The notes beneath the pieces are model-generated. The model did no database searches, was not told the DNA's origin, and saw nothing but the letters and a program-made list of their open reading frames with translations. From Paraglomus brasilianum (Eukaryota), in contig CAJVPI010000310.1 of assembly GCA_910592345.1 (NCBI GenBank), positions 1 to 35,992 on the forward strand: a DNA stretch of 35,992 bases, written 5' to 3'. This document shows positions 1-12,611 of the stretch, one piece after another; positions within the stretch are counted from its first letter, which is position 1, and the number at the start of each line of letters is the position of its first letter. The translations under genes and the position numbers were made by a program.

Positions 1-918
1 ATGCGAGAAACTGTTGTACTCAAACGGTTTAAGAGTTTTGATGAAACGCCGGAATTATTTATTTCCGAGGTAAGCAAGCATTGGTAGTATTAATTAAAGT
101 GATATTTAATTGACACTGTCTTTATTTAATAGTTCAGAAACCATGCCAAGTGTTCGCGTGTTTCTTTCCTTCGAATTTATGGAGTAACACAAGACCCAGA
201 AACAAAAGAGTATATGATTGTTATGCAATATGCTAACAATGGTAGTCTTTTGTCTTATTTGGATCAAAACATAAACAAATTGACGTGGAAGGAGAAATTA
301 CGATACTTGAAGGATATTGCACGGTATCTGAGAAATATTCATTATGCGGGTTTAGTGCATTGTGATCTTCATGGCGGAAACATAGTTATGCATGACGATG
401 ATGACGATGATATGACAGAATCACTCATATGCGATCTTGGTCTCTCGCGGTCAGTGAATTCACGCGAGTCAAATCCAACCATTCGAGGCGGTTTACCCTT
501 TATTGCACCGGAAGTCTTCCATACCTGCAAATTTACTCAGAAATCAGAGGTGTATTCTTTTGGTATCATTATGTATTTGATTGCTACTGGTAAATCACCT
601 TTTAGAGATAGGCAGTTCGATAGAGATTTAGTATGCAAGATTATGGGCGGACTACGACCATCGATGCCTGATTCCGCGCCAGAGGAATACAAGAAACTTG
701 CCGAGCGGTGTTGTGATGCTGATCCTGATAAGCGATTTAAAGGTGGAGAGGCACTGTTGAATAATATTGACGAGCTTATGAGGAAGGTGGACGCGGATAA
801 TTCTGATGACAACATGTGGAATATCATTTATCGTAATAATGTAAAACCCTTATCACGTCTCGAGAAGGAGAGTAAATATTCTAGTACGCTCTTACCTACA
901 GGAGAAACCAAGAAATAG
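1..918 (+). CDS. TKL-family protein kinase, copy 1 (probably 5'-truncated by the window edge); exons 1-69 and 133-918
   Basis: VVLK beta3, FISE|GTAAGC donor at 70, AG at 131-132, then FLRIYGVTQDPETKEYMIV, HCDLHGGN catalytic loop, DLG, APE. An 8-bp deletion after 906 relative to copy 2 gives an early TAG. Confidence 0.85.
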
Positions 919-1140
919 CTATGATATGGATTCAGCTGCAGGTATGGTTACACGTTAATAATTTAGATACTCAACTCTTTTTTGAATAAGCTTGTAATTC
1001 ACTGGTCACTTACAGTTCATACGAGTTTTATTCAAAGGTTTACTCCTCTCGAATTATACGGTGTGCTTCCACATATGTCAATATGATCATTTGAATAGCA
1101 AGAAAATATAGTAATAGAGTACATTATTTATTACAAAGTA

Positions 1141-2080
1141 AATATTGAGATCAATTAACTAAAGTTTATTAAACTGGTAATGAATTTGATGCTAATCGTT
1201 CCTGAATAAAAAGCGTAGCTATATTCGGGACGTTGGATAGTCTTATTTAAGGCCTTGATAGACGCGATAGTCGCTTCATGACTACAACGCAAACAAGAAT
1301 TCTGGAGAAGCGATAAAAGCAGATCCCACACCTGCTCAAACTTTTCCGATTGAAGAAAATACCTGAAACTCCTGTAAAAACTATAAACTTAGCTCATTCT
1401 ACTGCTCATCGATGGTATTACGCGAGTGATAAATCATCAATCCACTCATATCTCTCGAAGACCTATCGCTACTACTTTCCATGATATTGCAACATAGCCT
1501 TGACGGCCCGAAATAAATGTTGCCATAACAAGTGTGCCAATTATATATGCCAAGAACTGCTCTGTTCATATCAACCGTGCGAAATAATGTTTTATTTGCC
1601 GACCCCATCTGAGCATACACCGGCCGTAATTGTAACAATAATAGCAACCACAATCCAATATCTCGGATAGAAGGCGCATAGAAAGGCGATGCAAACGTGT
1701 CTCGACGTCTTTGCACTTGATACACCAAACTGCTGAACGTACTCCTACTCTCGACACTTAGCGACTTCTCTGGTTATGCCGAACCATCTATGTGACCGGA
1801 ACTAACGCGCACACATTTGAAATGAGCTTCGAATAGCGTGTGTTCTGTTTCTATAAAGCAAATTCTCGAGCTTTGAGTCTATAGAAACGAGGAAGAGAAT
1901 TAGCAAAAGACAAATAACCAAGAAATTCATAAAAACTCGACGCAAGAATTACCGCGACGTACGACGGGATGGTCGCTCTAATATCATAGGTCAATCCATA
2001 AAGTAAAGGGGTATCCTGACGTCCGAAGCAATTTATTCAGTCATATTCTGTACTTCTACGTAGTAGTCTTTGAGCATTAC
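1141..2080 (-). pseudogene. MON2-like gene fragment, frameshifted, convergent with kinase copy 1
   Basis: Pieces in shifting frames resemble fungal Mon2: VEVQNM/LNKLLRTSG, LWLLLLLQL..SANKTLFRTV, LMIYHSRNTIDEQ*NE/KFIVFTGVSGIF, FEQVWDLLLSLLQNSCLRCSHE. Boundaries approximate. Confidence 0.6.
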
Positions 2081-3624
2081 CTGAAGCTGCGTTTTGTCGG
2101 AATTACCACAGACTTTGCTAATGCTAGCATACAAAGTTATAATGCTTGAATGTCTGTTATTACCGAATGAGATATCGAAAGGAGGTTCGGGGCGCGGTCA
2201 ATAGCAATGGCTTATAACTTCTTGCGCATTCGTTTTCATGTCAATCGAACAGCTTTAACACATGTAATAACAAAACTAATTAGGCAAAAACTTCCACCAT
2301 CCAACAAAATGTTGTCCACTCTATTTTGTGAAACTGGACGCAACATTCAAATTAACTGCGACTAATTAGAAATTGTCATAAAAAGGTTATGATTTTAACT
2401 AAGTTCGAAAAGTTCTCTAGTTTAGACGCAAAAATCATATGAAATATTAAATAAATGTCCTCGTTATTTTCTAATTAAAATTCAACCGTGTACATTTCCG
2501 ACATTCAAGTTTTCAGAAAAGACTAGGATAAAAGGATAATTTTTTATAACACTGCTTTTTAAATTAGCGCACGACTTGAATTAATAAAGGTAACATCATT
2601 CTTGATCATAATACGCACGCGAATGACTCAGTCAAGGGCTTATGTCTGCACGATAAAACAACCTGGTTCCATCCCTATGTGTCATAATTTACAGCGAAAT
2701 AAAGTATCGCAGAAATTAGTCTTTACTAGATCAGTTGGCGTAATCCCACATTACTATTTATGTCCGAATATTAATTTATCATTTATCATATACATCTTCA
2801 GAGAAGATGCCTACCCGAGATTGATCGAGCGCAACTCCGATCATTGAAAATCAAAAATTATCAAGAATAATAGCAATGAGTACTTTTTGTAGCATTCTAC
2901 GATGCGTTCAAGTTATTCATCTATGGCATGCTTCTACTGGTTTACGCGTGAGTTTGGCAGAAATCTATTCTGTCAACGCTGAATTCAAATTGTCAATAAA
3001 CCGTTTTCATTGATAAGCAGGCGAATATCAGTTACGTTGTAATTGGTGAAATATAGACTAATGCGCCAATCTGTAGATGTACCCTGCAGCAGAAATGTTG
3101 TACAAGGACGGGGCACACTGATCAATACGAGTTATTTATAAGCAACAAGAAATTCTTTACATAATGTCAAGATTAATAATACTTACATTGATGAGCTTCT
3201 TTCTTCTAAGTAATTGAATATATCTTGATGTCTGTTCACGTGCATAAGAGTTGTGTACATTTAATTCTAAAGAAGTTTAATTTGTAATGGAAATACGCCA
3301 ACTGAGGGAATGACCCAAGCAAACACAGTTACCCAGTAAGAACTGCCATAGCGCTCACGTGAACGTTCATTAGATATCATGCGCCACTGTTCCTGTACGC
3401 ACTGATTGGTCATTCCAAAGGTCAATTGTGACAAGACGAAACGTGACGTTCTCTATTGGGTTTGCTAGAAGCCTAAGTTGTATATCATTCTCGCCAGAAG
3501 AAAAAAAAAGCGACCACTTCGTCGACTCCACTTATACATCCTTTCCTAGCGTGATACTTCTACCGTTTGGGCTGAAGACTTGTAATACAATCAAAAAAAC
3601 TATTTTATTAGTAGGGAAAAAGAT

Positions 3625-4834
3625 ATGAGCTACCGTAGAACGACATTGTTTGTTGCTGGATTTGGGTCTCAAGTTCGTGCTAGAGATTTGGCATACGAGT
3701 TTGAGCGGTAGGCATTCCATGGCGTCTGTTGAAGTCTCTTATGGCCTTGTGCTGTCGCGTTCGAGGAAATCCTGCGGATTTCAGTTGTCAAAGTTTTAAC
3801 TTGAACAATCTAACCAACTTTTTACGTACTTTTAAATTTAATAGATATGGAAGACTCGTTCGTTGTGATATCCCTGCTCCTCGAAGTTATCAATCAAAGC
3901 CGTGAGTGCATGTAACTTACATTTGGATGAATTGGTTTTATTGTTACCTTTTTTTTTTTTGTTTCAGAAAGATTCGTAGAAAACTGAGACAATAACCCAA
4001 GCAACCCTACTTCATATGTAGGATAGACATACGGTACAATCACTAAATGCTTACAAACTTTTTTTAGATATGCTTTTGTTGAGTTCGAAGACGAGCGTGA
4101 TGCGGAAGATGCTTACTATGAAATGCATGGTCGTCGAATCTATGGACATGCCCTGAATATTCAGGTAAATATGACTTATTACTGTTTAAATTTATGCCAT
4201 GTTTCTAGATATTCAACGATTGACATATCTCGGTCTTGCGGGGAAAAAAAAGTGGGCAAAAAATGCACCCTCTCGTTCTTGGCGGTATGAGGGCAGCCGA
4301 GGATCTCCTCGTCGTCGTCGCTCCGCGACCCCAAGGTCTCGAAGGCGCAAATCATATTCTCGCTCTCGTTCCAGCTCTCGAGGCCGTAGTCGTTCTCCTC
4401 GTTCTGAAAACCGTCGTGGCAGTCGCTCTCGATCGAGGACATCTGATCGGGCGAATTTAGAAGATCGTACTGCGGAGCCTAGCGCTAGGAGATCCAAATC
4501 TCCTTCCTCAAGAGATGGCAAACGCAGGGATTCTCGCTCACGCTCTCGCGACGTTGGAAGAGAAAGAAGCCCAAGAGAAAGAAGCCCAAGAGAAAGAAGT
4601 CCAAGAGATAGAAGTCCAAGAGATAGAAGTCCAAGAGATAGAAGTCCAAGAGATAGAAGTCCCAGGGAAAGTCCAGGAGACAGAGGTTCAAGAGAGAGAG
4701 GTTCAAGGGAAAGAAGCCCAGAAGCAGACATAAGTCCTCGAGCCAGATCTACATCGCCTAAACCCCGTGCAGCTTCTACATCTCCATCTAGTACTCCGCA
4801 TAGATCTCAATCAAGGAGCCCTCCACATGATTGA
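3625..4834 (+). CDS. srp1: SR splicing factor Srp1-like (RRM + RS domain), 272 aa; exons 3625-3707, 3845-3901, 4068-4164, 4253-4834
   Basis: Spliced protein [72 protein letters not shown] followed by an RS-rich tail. GT-AG introns keep the frame (819 nt). Confidence 0.93.
4559..4675 (+). repeat. 15-nt coding tandem repeat, about 7 units of R(E/D)RSP
   Basis: AGAGA(A/T)AGAAG(C/T)CC(A/C) repeated within the RS domain. Confidence 0.9.
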
Positions 4835-5340
4835 GGCCAAAAGAAAGGTGAATAAAAAAGACCAGGAATATTTGAACGAAAGTTGCCTATCTGATGGTCT
4901 TTGATATTTAGTAAACTTTTTATATGATAACAAGAACTTGTTTTTGCTAATATACGAGTTGCAGGTGATTTCTGTAGAACATGTAACATTCCTTTTCTTT
5001 TCTTTTTTATTTTTCCTCTCCTTTGCATTATTCTTTATGCTGGGCGGTTAGTTTGTTTTTGCGTTTTGAGGCGACGTTCTTTTGTCAATTCATTCCTTAG
5101 TTTGCGGATATTCAAAGCCATAATACTTCCACTGTTTTTGCAATCCATTAGTAAAATTCAAATTAATGTTTTTTCAATTTTGGTCGGTCACTTTTATGCA
5201 AGAACGTGCGATTAGGTATCAGGAAACTGGGGAAATTTTATACGCAGTTCTTTGAATATCATCAACGTATTTTTTATTGCAAATTGAGCAATCGATCGGA
5301 CGGTTCGGTTCGGTAAACGGAACGGCCGGTCGCAATAGTA

Positions 5341-6440
5341 GTGCAGGGCATTCCTCATAGAGAAAAGAACCTATCATGTAAACGAGACTTAGATCCTACC
5401 CTCTCAAAACGTACGCGGTTTCCATACGACTCGAAGAAACTTTCGAACGATCTGTACCCCCGTACATTCGAGTCTGTTATTCCAATCACAAACCACCCAC
5501 ACGACCACCGTACTCTACAAGAGTTTTAAAAATAAAGTATATTTCACACATTGCAGTTTTAAAACGAGTTTGTGTTCTAACAAATGTTACCTTCAGTCTA
5601 TCGAGAGGTAGTCTTTCTCGATCCTACGGTCTGCTACGACTCCAGTACCTCCTCTCTCCTGCCTTCGAGGAACCATTCCGGTAATTTTACGAGTCTCTTG
5701 CCTATGCCAAGATTTCCAGAATGATAAACGAACTGATTATTGATGTATATCTGGAGAAAAAGGATCGAGAAATAACTGATACCACGGCTCACGAGTCAGC
5801 TCATATTCCTACTTGAGATGAAATTCCTCAATCTGAAGAAGACCTAGTCATGTTTCCAAAAACGACGTAGCTACGACATGAAATTTCGATAAAATAATGG
5901 ACGATATGGCGAAAACGAATGCCCTATTAACTAGACTTTTGGCAAAGACAGCAGTCTCAAGATTATGACTGTGGTTGACAGGTTGAATTTTTGGTGGGGG
6001 GAATCGTGAATTTTGGATGAAGCTAGATTTCAAAAAAGTGGTGCAAACTAATGCCAACAGTTTATTTCACCGGCGATACGGGTATTTTGAAAAGAACAAA
6101 CACGGCTGTAAGGTAAGACTTCTTTCTTGAACTTACTATCTCCATGACGTAATAAGCAACAGATTCGAAAACGCAACAACGGGTCGGTATCATGGGACGT
6201 CTGCACGATACTTTGTGCATATATATTCCGCTTCGAGGTATAACTATATGTTTCAAACCGTATTCTACTATGAGCTCCTCAAGATATAATCTATCAACAT
6301 AGTTTCAATTATATATTCTTTGCGGACCAAGTTCAGCAAAGGATGCTTAGGCTTATATTGACGATCGTAATGTCAACCGATTTCTTTATCGGTTACGGAA
6401 AGACATGAATAACTATGCAATGTTTGATGCCCTCTTATAA
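5341..6440 (+). pseudogene. Possible decayed coding sequence of unknown family
   Basis: Protein-like stretches in shifting frames (DEIPQSEEDLV, FDKIMDDMAKTNALLTRLL, AYIDDRNVNRFLYRLRKDMNNY) and a possible GTAAGA...CAG intron. No family recognised. Confidence 0.25.
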
Positions 6441-6591
6441 TGGGCCTGGATCGCAAAAAGTGCATATCTGGGAAAAATAATTCGATCTATTTACCATTGG
6501 TGATAATGGCCGTACTAATTTGTAGAATTATCTTAAAATAAATCGTTTATTTTTCTTCCCCCGGAAATTATATTCCTCGACGTATTATTTA

Positions 6592-7789
6592 TCATTCTTT
6601 ATGAGCAGCAGCTCTTCGTTTCTTCAAAGTGGCCCTTCTTTCTTTTTGCTCTTTCAAGTGTTTGACGAGCCGTTCGCTGTATTCCTTAGCAGCCACTCTT
6701 GTTTCTTGTGCTTTTCTCCGTTTAAGAGCGAGTCGGCGGCGTTTGCGCTGCCGCGTCAAGGGCGTTACCAACCGCTGAATCTTGGGTGCCTTGGTGTACG
6801 GTTTTTTATCCTCCCTTTTTGGTTGAACTTCGCGCCTCACGACATACTTGCGTACATCGGCTTTTTTCTAAATAGAAAAGATATCAGTCAGAGTTTGTTA
6901 CTCGCTTTGTCAGTGTCGATATACCTTCTCCCGATTCAGTCAAATGATGTTTCACATCTTACGAGGAACTTACGTCTAAATTCTAAAATAAAATGAGTTA
7001 GTCAAAATTTGTTCTTTGATATGAATAAATTGTATTAAAAAAAGCGTAAAACACATACAAAGAATTTGCGGATCTTTGACGCTCGCTTTGGTCCAAGTCG
7101 GTTTGGATAGGACTTGTCAGTTAATCCAGGAATGTCCTGTTCTCCTTGTTTGATGATACTTAGCGACATGACGGAAAGGTCACTACCAACGATGCAACCA
7201 CGGACGGATTTTCGTCTCCGCTCTCCATTGCGACGAGGTCGATAACATGAATGTCCCGCAGACAATAGGAGATAGACTCGATCATTACGCAAAACACCTT
7301 GCTTCATCGGGAATCCCTGTTTATCATTGCCGCCAGTTATACGGAAAATATATCCTTTGAATTCGTCACCGAGCGAATCTCCAGGTACTTCGGCGCTTAT
7401 ACGCTTATCGAAAAATGGACGACTGTAAAAAAATGCCATGAAAGTCAATATATCAATCGACAATTAAGCAATTGCAAATCTTCATTCCCTAGATGACGAC
7501 TCGACCAAGTATGTAGGCTGATCTTTCCAATTATCTGTATAAACTCCACTTACAGTTTGCGTTCGTCCTCAATTTCGATAAGCTTTTGACAGCCTGTGGC
7601 AGGGTTGGCTATGTTCAACTATGTAAATTTCAAGGAACAAGCACATTGAGCACATGACAATTCTTACAAATATTATTACTAGCACATAATATTGAAGGCT
7701 TGTTCCATAAACGCAACAACCAGAGCTCGAGCATGCTCGATAGGGGTAAGTTATAAATGAGTCGATGATTGACGTTAAGGTACCTTCAT
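6592..7789 (-). CDS. rps6: 40S ribosomal protein S6 (eS6), 239 aa; exons 7789-7784, 7618-7554, 7422-7059, 6982-6974, 6867-6592
   Basis: [36 protein letters not shown]...[15 protein letters not shown]...[30 protein letters not shown]...[11 protein letters not shown]. All introns are GT-AG; 720 nt total. Confidence 0.97.
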
Positions 7790-7840
7790 GTCGAACGTAT
7801 AGGACTTTCTTCGTTTTAGAAAGAGGAAGAATGTAATTTG

Positions 7841-7886
7841 GAAAAAAATTTTCGGATTTACGTGACGAAATCAGATTATCACGTGA
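7841..7886. promoter_or_regulatory. Candidate rps6 promoter motifs: RRPE-like GAAAAAAATTTTC and E-box TCACGTGA
   Basis: Motifs lie 50-100 bp upstream of the rps6 ATG. They are short and could be chance matches. Confidence 0.3.
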
Positions 7887-8929
7887 TAATAACTATTGCA
7901 TCACCATTGATGATAAAATTTATCTGATATGCCCGCAAGGCGTTTGATTATTATAATAAACTGGATGGCTATCATATAAACACTATGATGGGGTGGTAGG
8001 CATTTTTACTAACGACAACGGCAACGTCTCTGTGATCGATCAACATTCCAAGTGCTTGTGGGCATCCATGCGCGAGGAGTTGAAATCGATTGGCATCAAA
8101 ACGGTTCGCAATTACCAACGACTTGTTCGCGTTTTCATATCCTTAAGCATATTTCCCGGTTTGAGGTACCGTTAAGATACTTTCTTCCGCTATTATTCTT
8201 GGGTTCACTGCATAATTTGCGTCATTCTTCCGATCACTGGATACTTCTCTTACATTATTTGGGAATTACATTCGCAGCGGCAGTGACGCGCAACAGAACT
8301 GAGCCATTCGCATTCTTTATCACCCATATCCTGATAGATCAAGTGCATATACTATTACCGGTTCCTAATGAGTTACAATTATAATTTTAGAATGCCAAAC
8401 ATTGAACAATGCAGAGCTGATAGTGGAAGGGCAATACCAAAAGCTATCATGAATCTTCTAGTTCTGAGAAAAACCTGACTCGCATTTGCTTTGACATTAA
8501 TTTCATAATGACTAATAATTTTTCAGGAAAGTTCCAATAATAATGATAAAAAACCAAGAATTGAAGGGAAGATATTTATGATCAATTTAATGTTATTAAT
8601 ATTAATATTAAGGCATAGGCTTTCAAAGTACCATGGATAAGAATCCTGCCTAAATCAAATACATTAACATCATCAATTATGAAGTCTGGCTTTACTGTAT
8701 AATTTTATGCTAATGTCACACTAAACATGCAGTCAGATGTTCCGTAAAGCCGCGGGTTCCGAAATCGCTGGGTAGAATTTAAAATTATTACCAATAAACG
8801 CGTTTACTTTGGGAATAATCATTCCCCGACGTCATAGGGTAGTGTTATAACTGCAGCGTGATTAACAATGCGCACACAAAGTCGAACGTAAGAATTGCAA
8901 GTATATAAACCACTAACTGCATTAGCGAT

Positions 8930-10171
8930 TTAAGCAGGAGTAGAGGTTATCCAAGCCTCGACTGGAAGAGCTAAACCCCAAAGCCAATTACTGAACGCTC
9001 TCCTGCGGTAGTTGACTCGACAATAGTAATTAGGGTATATTTTTATATAAATTACCTCAGATAATATAATCTGAAGAACAGCAACCATTATGCCATGTGA
9101 TTCATCATCATCATTGTCAGCATCACACAATTGCAATTCGTCTTTAGCTCATTGTTGAACCAGAGGAGAATTATCAGGCAAAGAGATGGTTCTGATTTAG
9201 ACTCGGTCTAAAAAAAGCACCCAAATTACATAATACCAGCAGATTCAAATTATGGGTCTCATTGGGAACAATGATACGGCGGCATTTGTGATACAGTTAT
9301 GCTGACAATGTCTATGTATGCAGCAAATCAATAAGTGAATATATATGACAAAGTTCGAATTTCTGAATTTGGATAGTAGCATTAGCACATTTCTTGAGCA
9401 AACTAATCACATACAAGGCTGAGGTGGAATGAAAAGGTTTAATGATATGCTTAAATGCACCTGAAAATTAACAAACAAAAATAATACCATTATGGAGTCG
9501 TACTCCTATTAGCAATAATATCTGTAATAACAATGTCAATACTAATACGACAATGTACATGTCCTCAACCTTGTTTTCTGTAGTGGCAGCAAGAGTCGAG
9601 TACATAAGAAATGGGTCGTTGGATAGAAACGTTTGAACAAAGTTTAACTTTGAACCGCATTTCAACCACACAGTTACCAACAAATTGGTAGTAGGAGAAT
9701 AAGGTATGAGACAGATCTCCTGAATCACCGAAGCAGGTGTTCGATCATTCCGTATAAGGAGGTAGTAAGACTATTTTTAATCCGTAGGTAGTAAGAATAT
9801 TTTTCATCCGTATATACCGAAGACAGTTTACCCGAGTTCAACTGTCTAGAAGCTCAATGTTCGGCTGTCATTCTTTCATGTAATAATAAACACAACTGTG
9901 GGTTCACAGAAGAACCAAAAGGTGTTTACTATATTTGTCGACTTGGCACAATCGTGCATAGGAGTCGGATGATGTTTGACAAATTGATATATGCTCTATA
10001 TTTGTCAGGTGATGACATAATCCCTACAATCACCGATCTAAAAAACAAAATCACAAGCGAGATGGTTCCATGAAGGGAAGAAATAATGCTAATCAAGAAG
10101 ATCTGCTTGGTCGTATGATTGGCTCCCAATCGCATTCTTGCATACATGCATAGAGAATTATATGACAGCAA
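8930..10171 (-). pseudogene. Possible decayed multi-pass membrane protein gene
   Basis: Three co-oriented short ORFs with hydrophobic segments (IFLISIISSLHGTISLVILFF, YIVVLVLTLLLQILLLIG, NWLWGLAL). No intact frame. Confidence 0.3.
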
Positions 10172-10743
10172 TAAGAAGGGACCACTATAAATATCCGAAC
10201 AATTAGAAATACTATAAATAGGTAATCATTCAAATTTCTCAAAAAATCAATCCATCCGGATGTCTAATGCTCATGTTCTTTGCCAAAATAAATTAATACA
10301 ATAACGCTTACATGAAATCAATTATGATAATCACCCCAAGGAGCAGATGATGTCAGAGACAATTCCCCCAACAGTATACCTTTGCCTTGACCAGTCATTA
10401 GCGCTCGGTCAGCATCCAATAAAGGTTATTGTGACACTCTTAATGGTCATGCCAGAGTCTGTTGCCTCCCTGCGTCATTTTTAATATTAAAAAAAAAAAA
10501 GACCCTCACCGCTCATGCATACTGCAACACCAGAGAACCAACTTCAGTAATACGTATATATACACGTTCCCTACGCACAGAACCCCCTTATCTTAGAGAT
10601 CCTTTCGTATATAACAAACTACACACCACAACCTCGTTTATTAAACTATCCATGCAAAGACTGTCTTTGTAGCAGTCCAGTGCTTTTATATTGAGTCCCG
10701 CTCACAACTCTCTACCATTACTACCAAGGAATTTCCTGTAACA

Positions 10744-10777
10744 ATATATACATATATACATATATACATATATATAC
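10744..10777 (+). repeat. (ATATATAC)n microsatellite
   Basis: About 4 units directly visible, upstream of the ATG at 10836. Confidence 0.85.
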
Positions 10778-10835
10778 ACTCATATACATATTCACCGCAT
10801 ACACAAAAAACATCTCAACACATCACACCAAAGAA

Positions 10836-12381
10836 ATGGGAAAACGTTCAAATCCAGGATCTCGTATTCAAATGTCTGGTACCAACGGACTGTCTGAACA
10901 TATGCTAAAGGTTCGTATTTAAAAACCCCAAACTATTTTCACTTTGATCTTTTTATTCTATCCTGGATATGTTTTCCCAGACCTTTCTGCATTTCCTTCC
11001 ACGCAAACTAAAGGTTGAAATACATCCTCCAAAGAAGCCAAAGATTGCCATTCCTGATACCGTACTTGATGGATCACTGCTCTCGCCCACGCTCTCCGAG
11101 GAATCATTTGAAAAGGAGTTAAAACGCGCGCGAAAAGAGTTTCAGCAATTTACCAACGACTTGGATAAAATCTCTAAAAGAGTGGAGAAGCTTGCAGAAA
11201 CTGCGCCAGAATGGTTTGCAGATATTGAAGAAATAAAAATAAAGCAAGGTAAAGGCCAACAATATCCATTTATTGTGTATCGCTCATGCAAGTAACCGCA
11301 TCGGGACATATCGCTTTATGCCATAAGCTAATCGAGCGTTTCATGTGGCTTATTCATAGATAACGTTGAAGAGTGCATAACTGCTACACAAGAGAAAATA
11401 TTCGAGAGCGAGCAGCGCTTAGAACAGCTCAAAACAGTACGAGAAGAATTCAACGAGGATATAAACAAGGATTTGAAGAAAATTCAAGAACAACTTGTAG
11501 AAGTAAGTGCTTACATAATCTATTTACTGCTTTTGTAAATAGAAACCTTTGTCTAATTCAACCCAAATGTCTATCAGCTATTGGAAAGACATCGTGAAGC
11601 TCGCTCAACCGCATCCATGATTGCCCAAAATCAGTCAATGACTACAGAGGAGCTCGATCTCATGCTGGAAGCTATACGTGATTATGCCCGATTAATAGAG
11701 GATGCAAGTAGTACTATCAAGCATTTTGACGACGTAGGCTCGCCCTTACAGTATGAATCACTGGACCTCTCTCCCTTTCGGACTTATCAGGTAATATTGT
11801 ATTTCAAGCTACGATAAACGCAGTATTATGTAATGATACTTACTCGCATTGTTTGATAGGGCAATATCTCGTATTTTGACGACCACGTCTATTACGCTAC
11901 TCCAACAAATGGCAGTTATCCGAGCTCCCCTATAAGAGCTCCCTCACCTATATCACCGCTTATGCTGCCTACACTTTCAACTCCTCCAATGTCTGACGAC
12001 GAGTCTTCCGATTTATCGTATCCTTCGACTCCAATTGATATATCTCAGCAACCAATATATCCGTCTCCATACTGTCTACTTCGACATCAGCAATTACTAC
12101 TTCTTGGAATGCGTCGTGCTGCCGTTGGATTAAAATTTCTGCTGTATGCTAAACGATTAAACGATCTAGAAAAGAAACATCCCAGCATTGACTATGATTC
12201 GGATTGGTATTTGGGCATAGGAGATAACGAGTTGGAAAGCTACGACAATAAAAAGGACATTGATGCTTGCTCTAGTCAGAGCGAAAGTGAAAATAAGGCT
12301 TACGATAGGATAAGAAAGAAGTCACTTGTTTTGCATTCGTATGACCTCTTGCGTTTCGATAAGCGGACTATTGTAAAATAA
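10836..12381 (+). CDS. Hypothetical coiled-coil protein, about 406 aa; exons 10836-10910, 10981-11248, 11360-11502, 11578-11790, 11860-12381
   Basis: Four GT-AG introns join the ORF fragments into one stop-free frame. E/K/Q-rich heptad-like middle, then a Pro/Ser-rich segment. Confidence 0.75.
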
Positions 12382-12579
12382 TCCTGTGTAACTAGGATTT
12401 CAGGAGATGTGCGGAAGTTCCTATAAGGTTTTACTGGTAAACAGTTCGAGCGGGGGTTGCCTAAAGAGATCTTTAATAGAACAAGAGATGGGGAATGCTT
12501 TTTGAGCCACACAAGGGAGGCTTATTCATCTGATCTCGCAGTATGACTATTGTACATTATTATGAATCAAGCGTCAGAC

Positions 12580-12611
12580 GCACTATGCCGACTGGTTTTT
12601 CGGCATAGTGC
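12580..12611. repeat. Inverted repeat / hairpin (12-bp perfect stem, 8-nt loop)
   Basis: GCACTATGCCGA-ctggtttt-TCGGCATAGTGC, extendable imperfectly to about 12551-12632. Confidence 0.8.

Noticed and set aside
4179..4733. Several overlapping and antisense ORFs (LLSLG, EVQE, LLDFY repeats)
   Set aside because: Shadow frames of the srp1 RS-domain repeat.
5819..6000. Several in-frame TGA codons suggesting genetic code 4 (Mollicutes endobacterial insert)
   Set aside because: The TGAs are explained by frameshifted GAT-GAA codons, TAG stops also occur, and a spliceosomal-like intron is nearby.
6868..6973. Intronic C/D snoRNA in rps6
   Set aside because: CTGA motifs coincide with branch-point-like CTGAC, and there is no clear RTGATGA box C or terminal stem.
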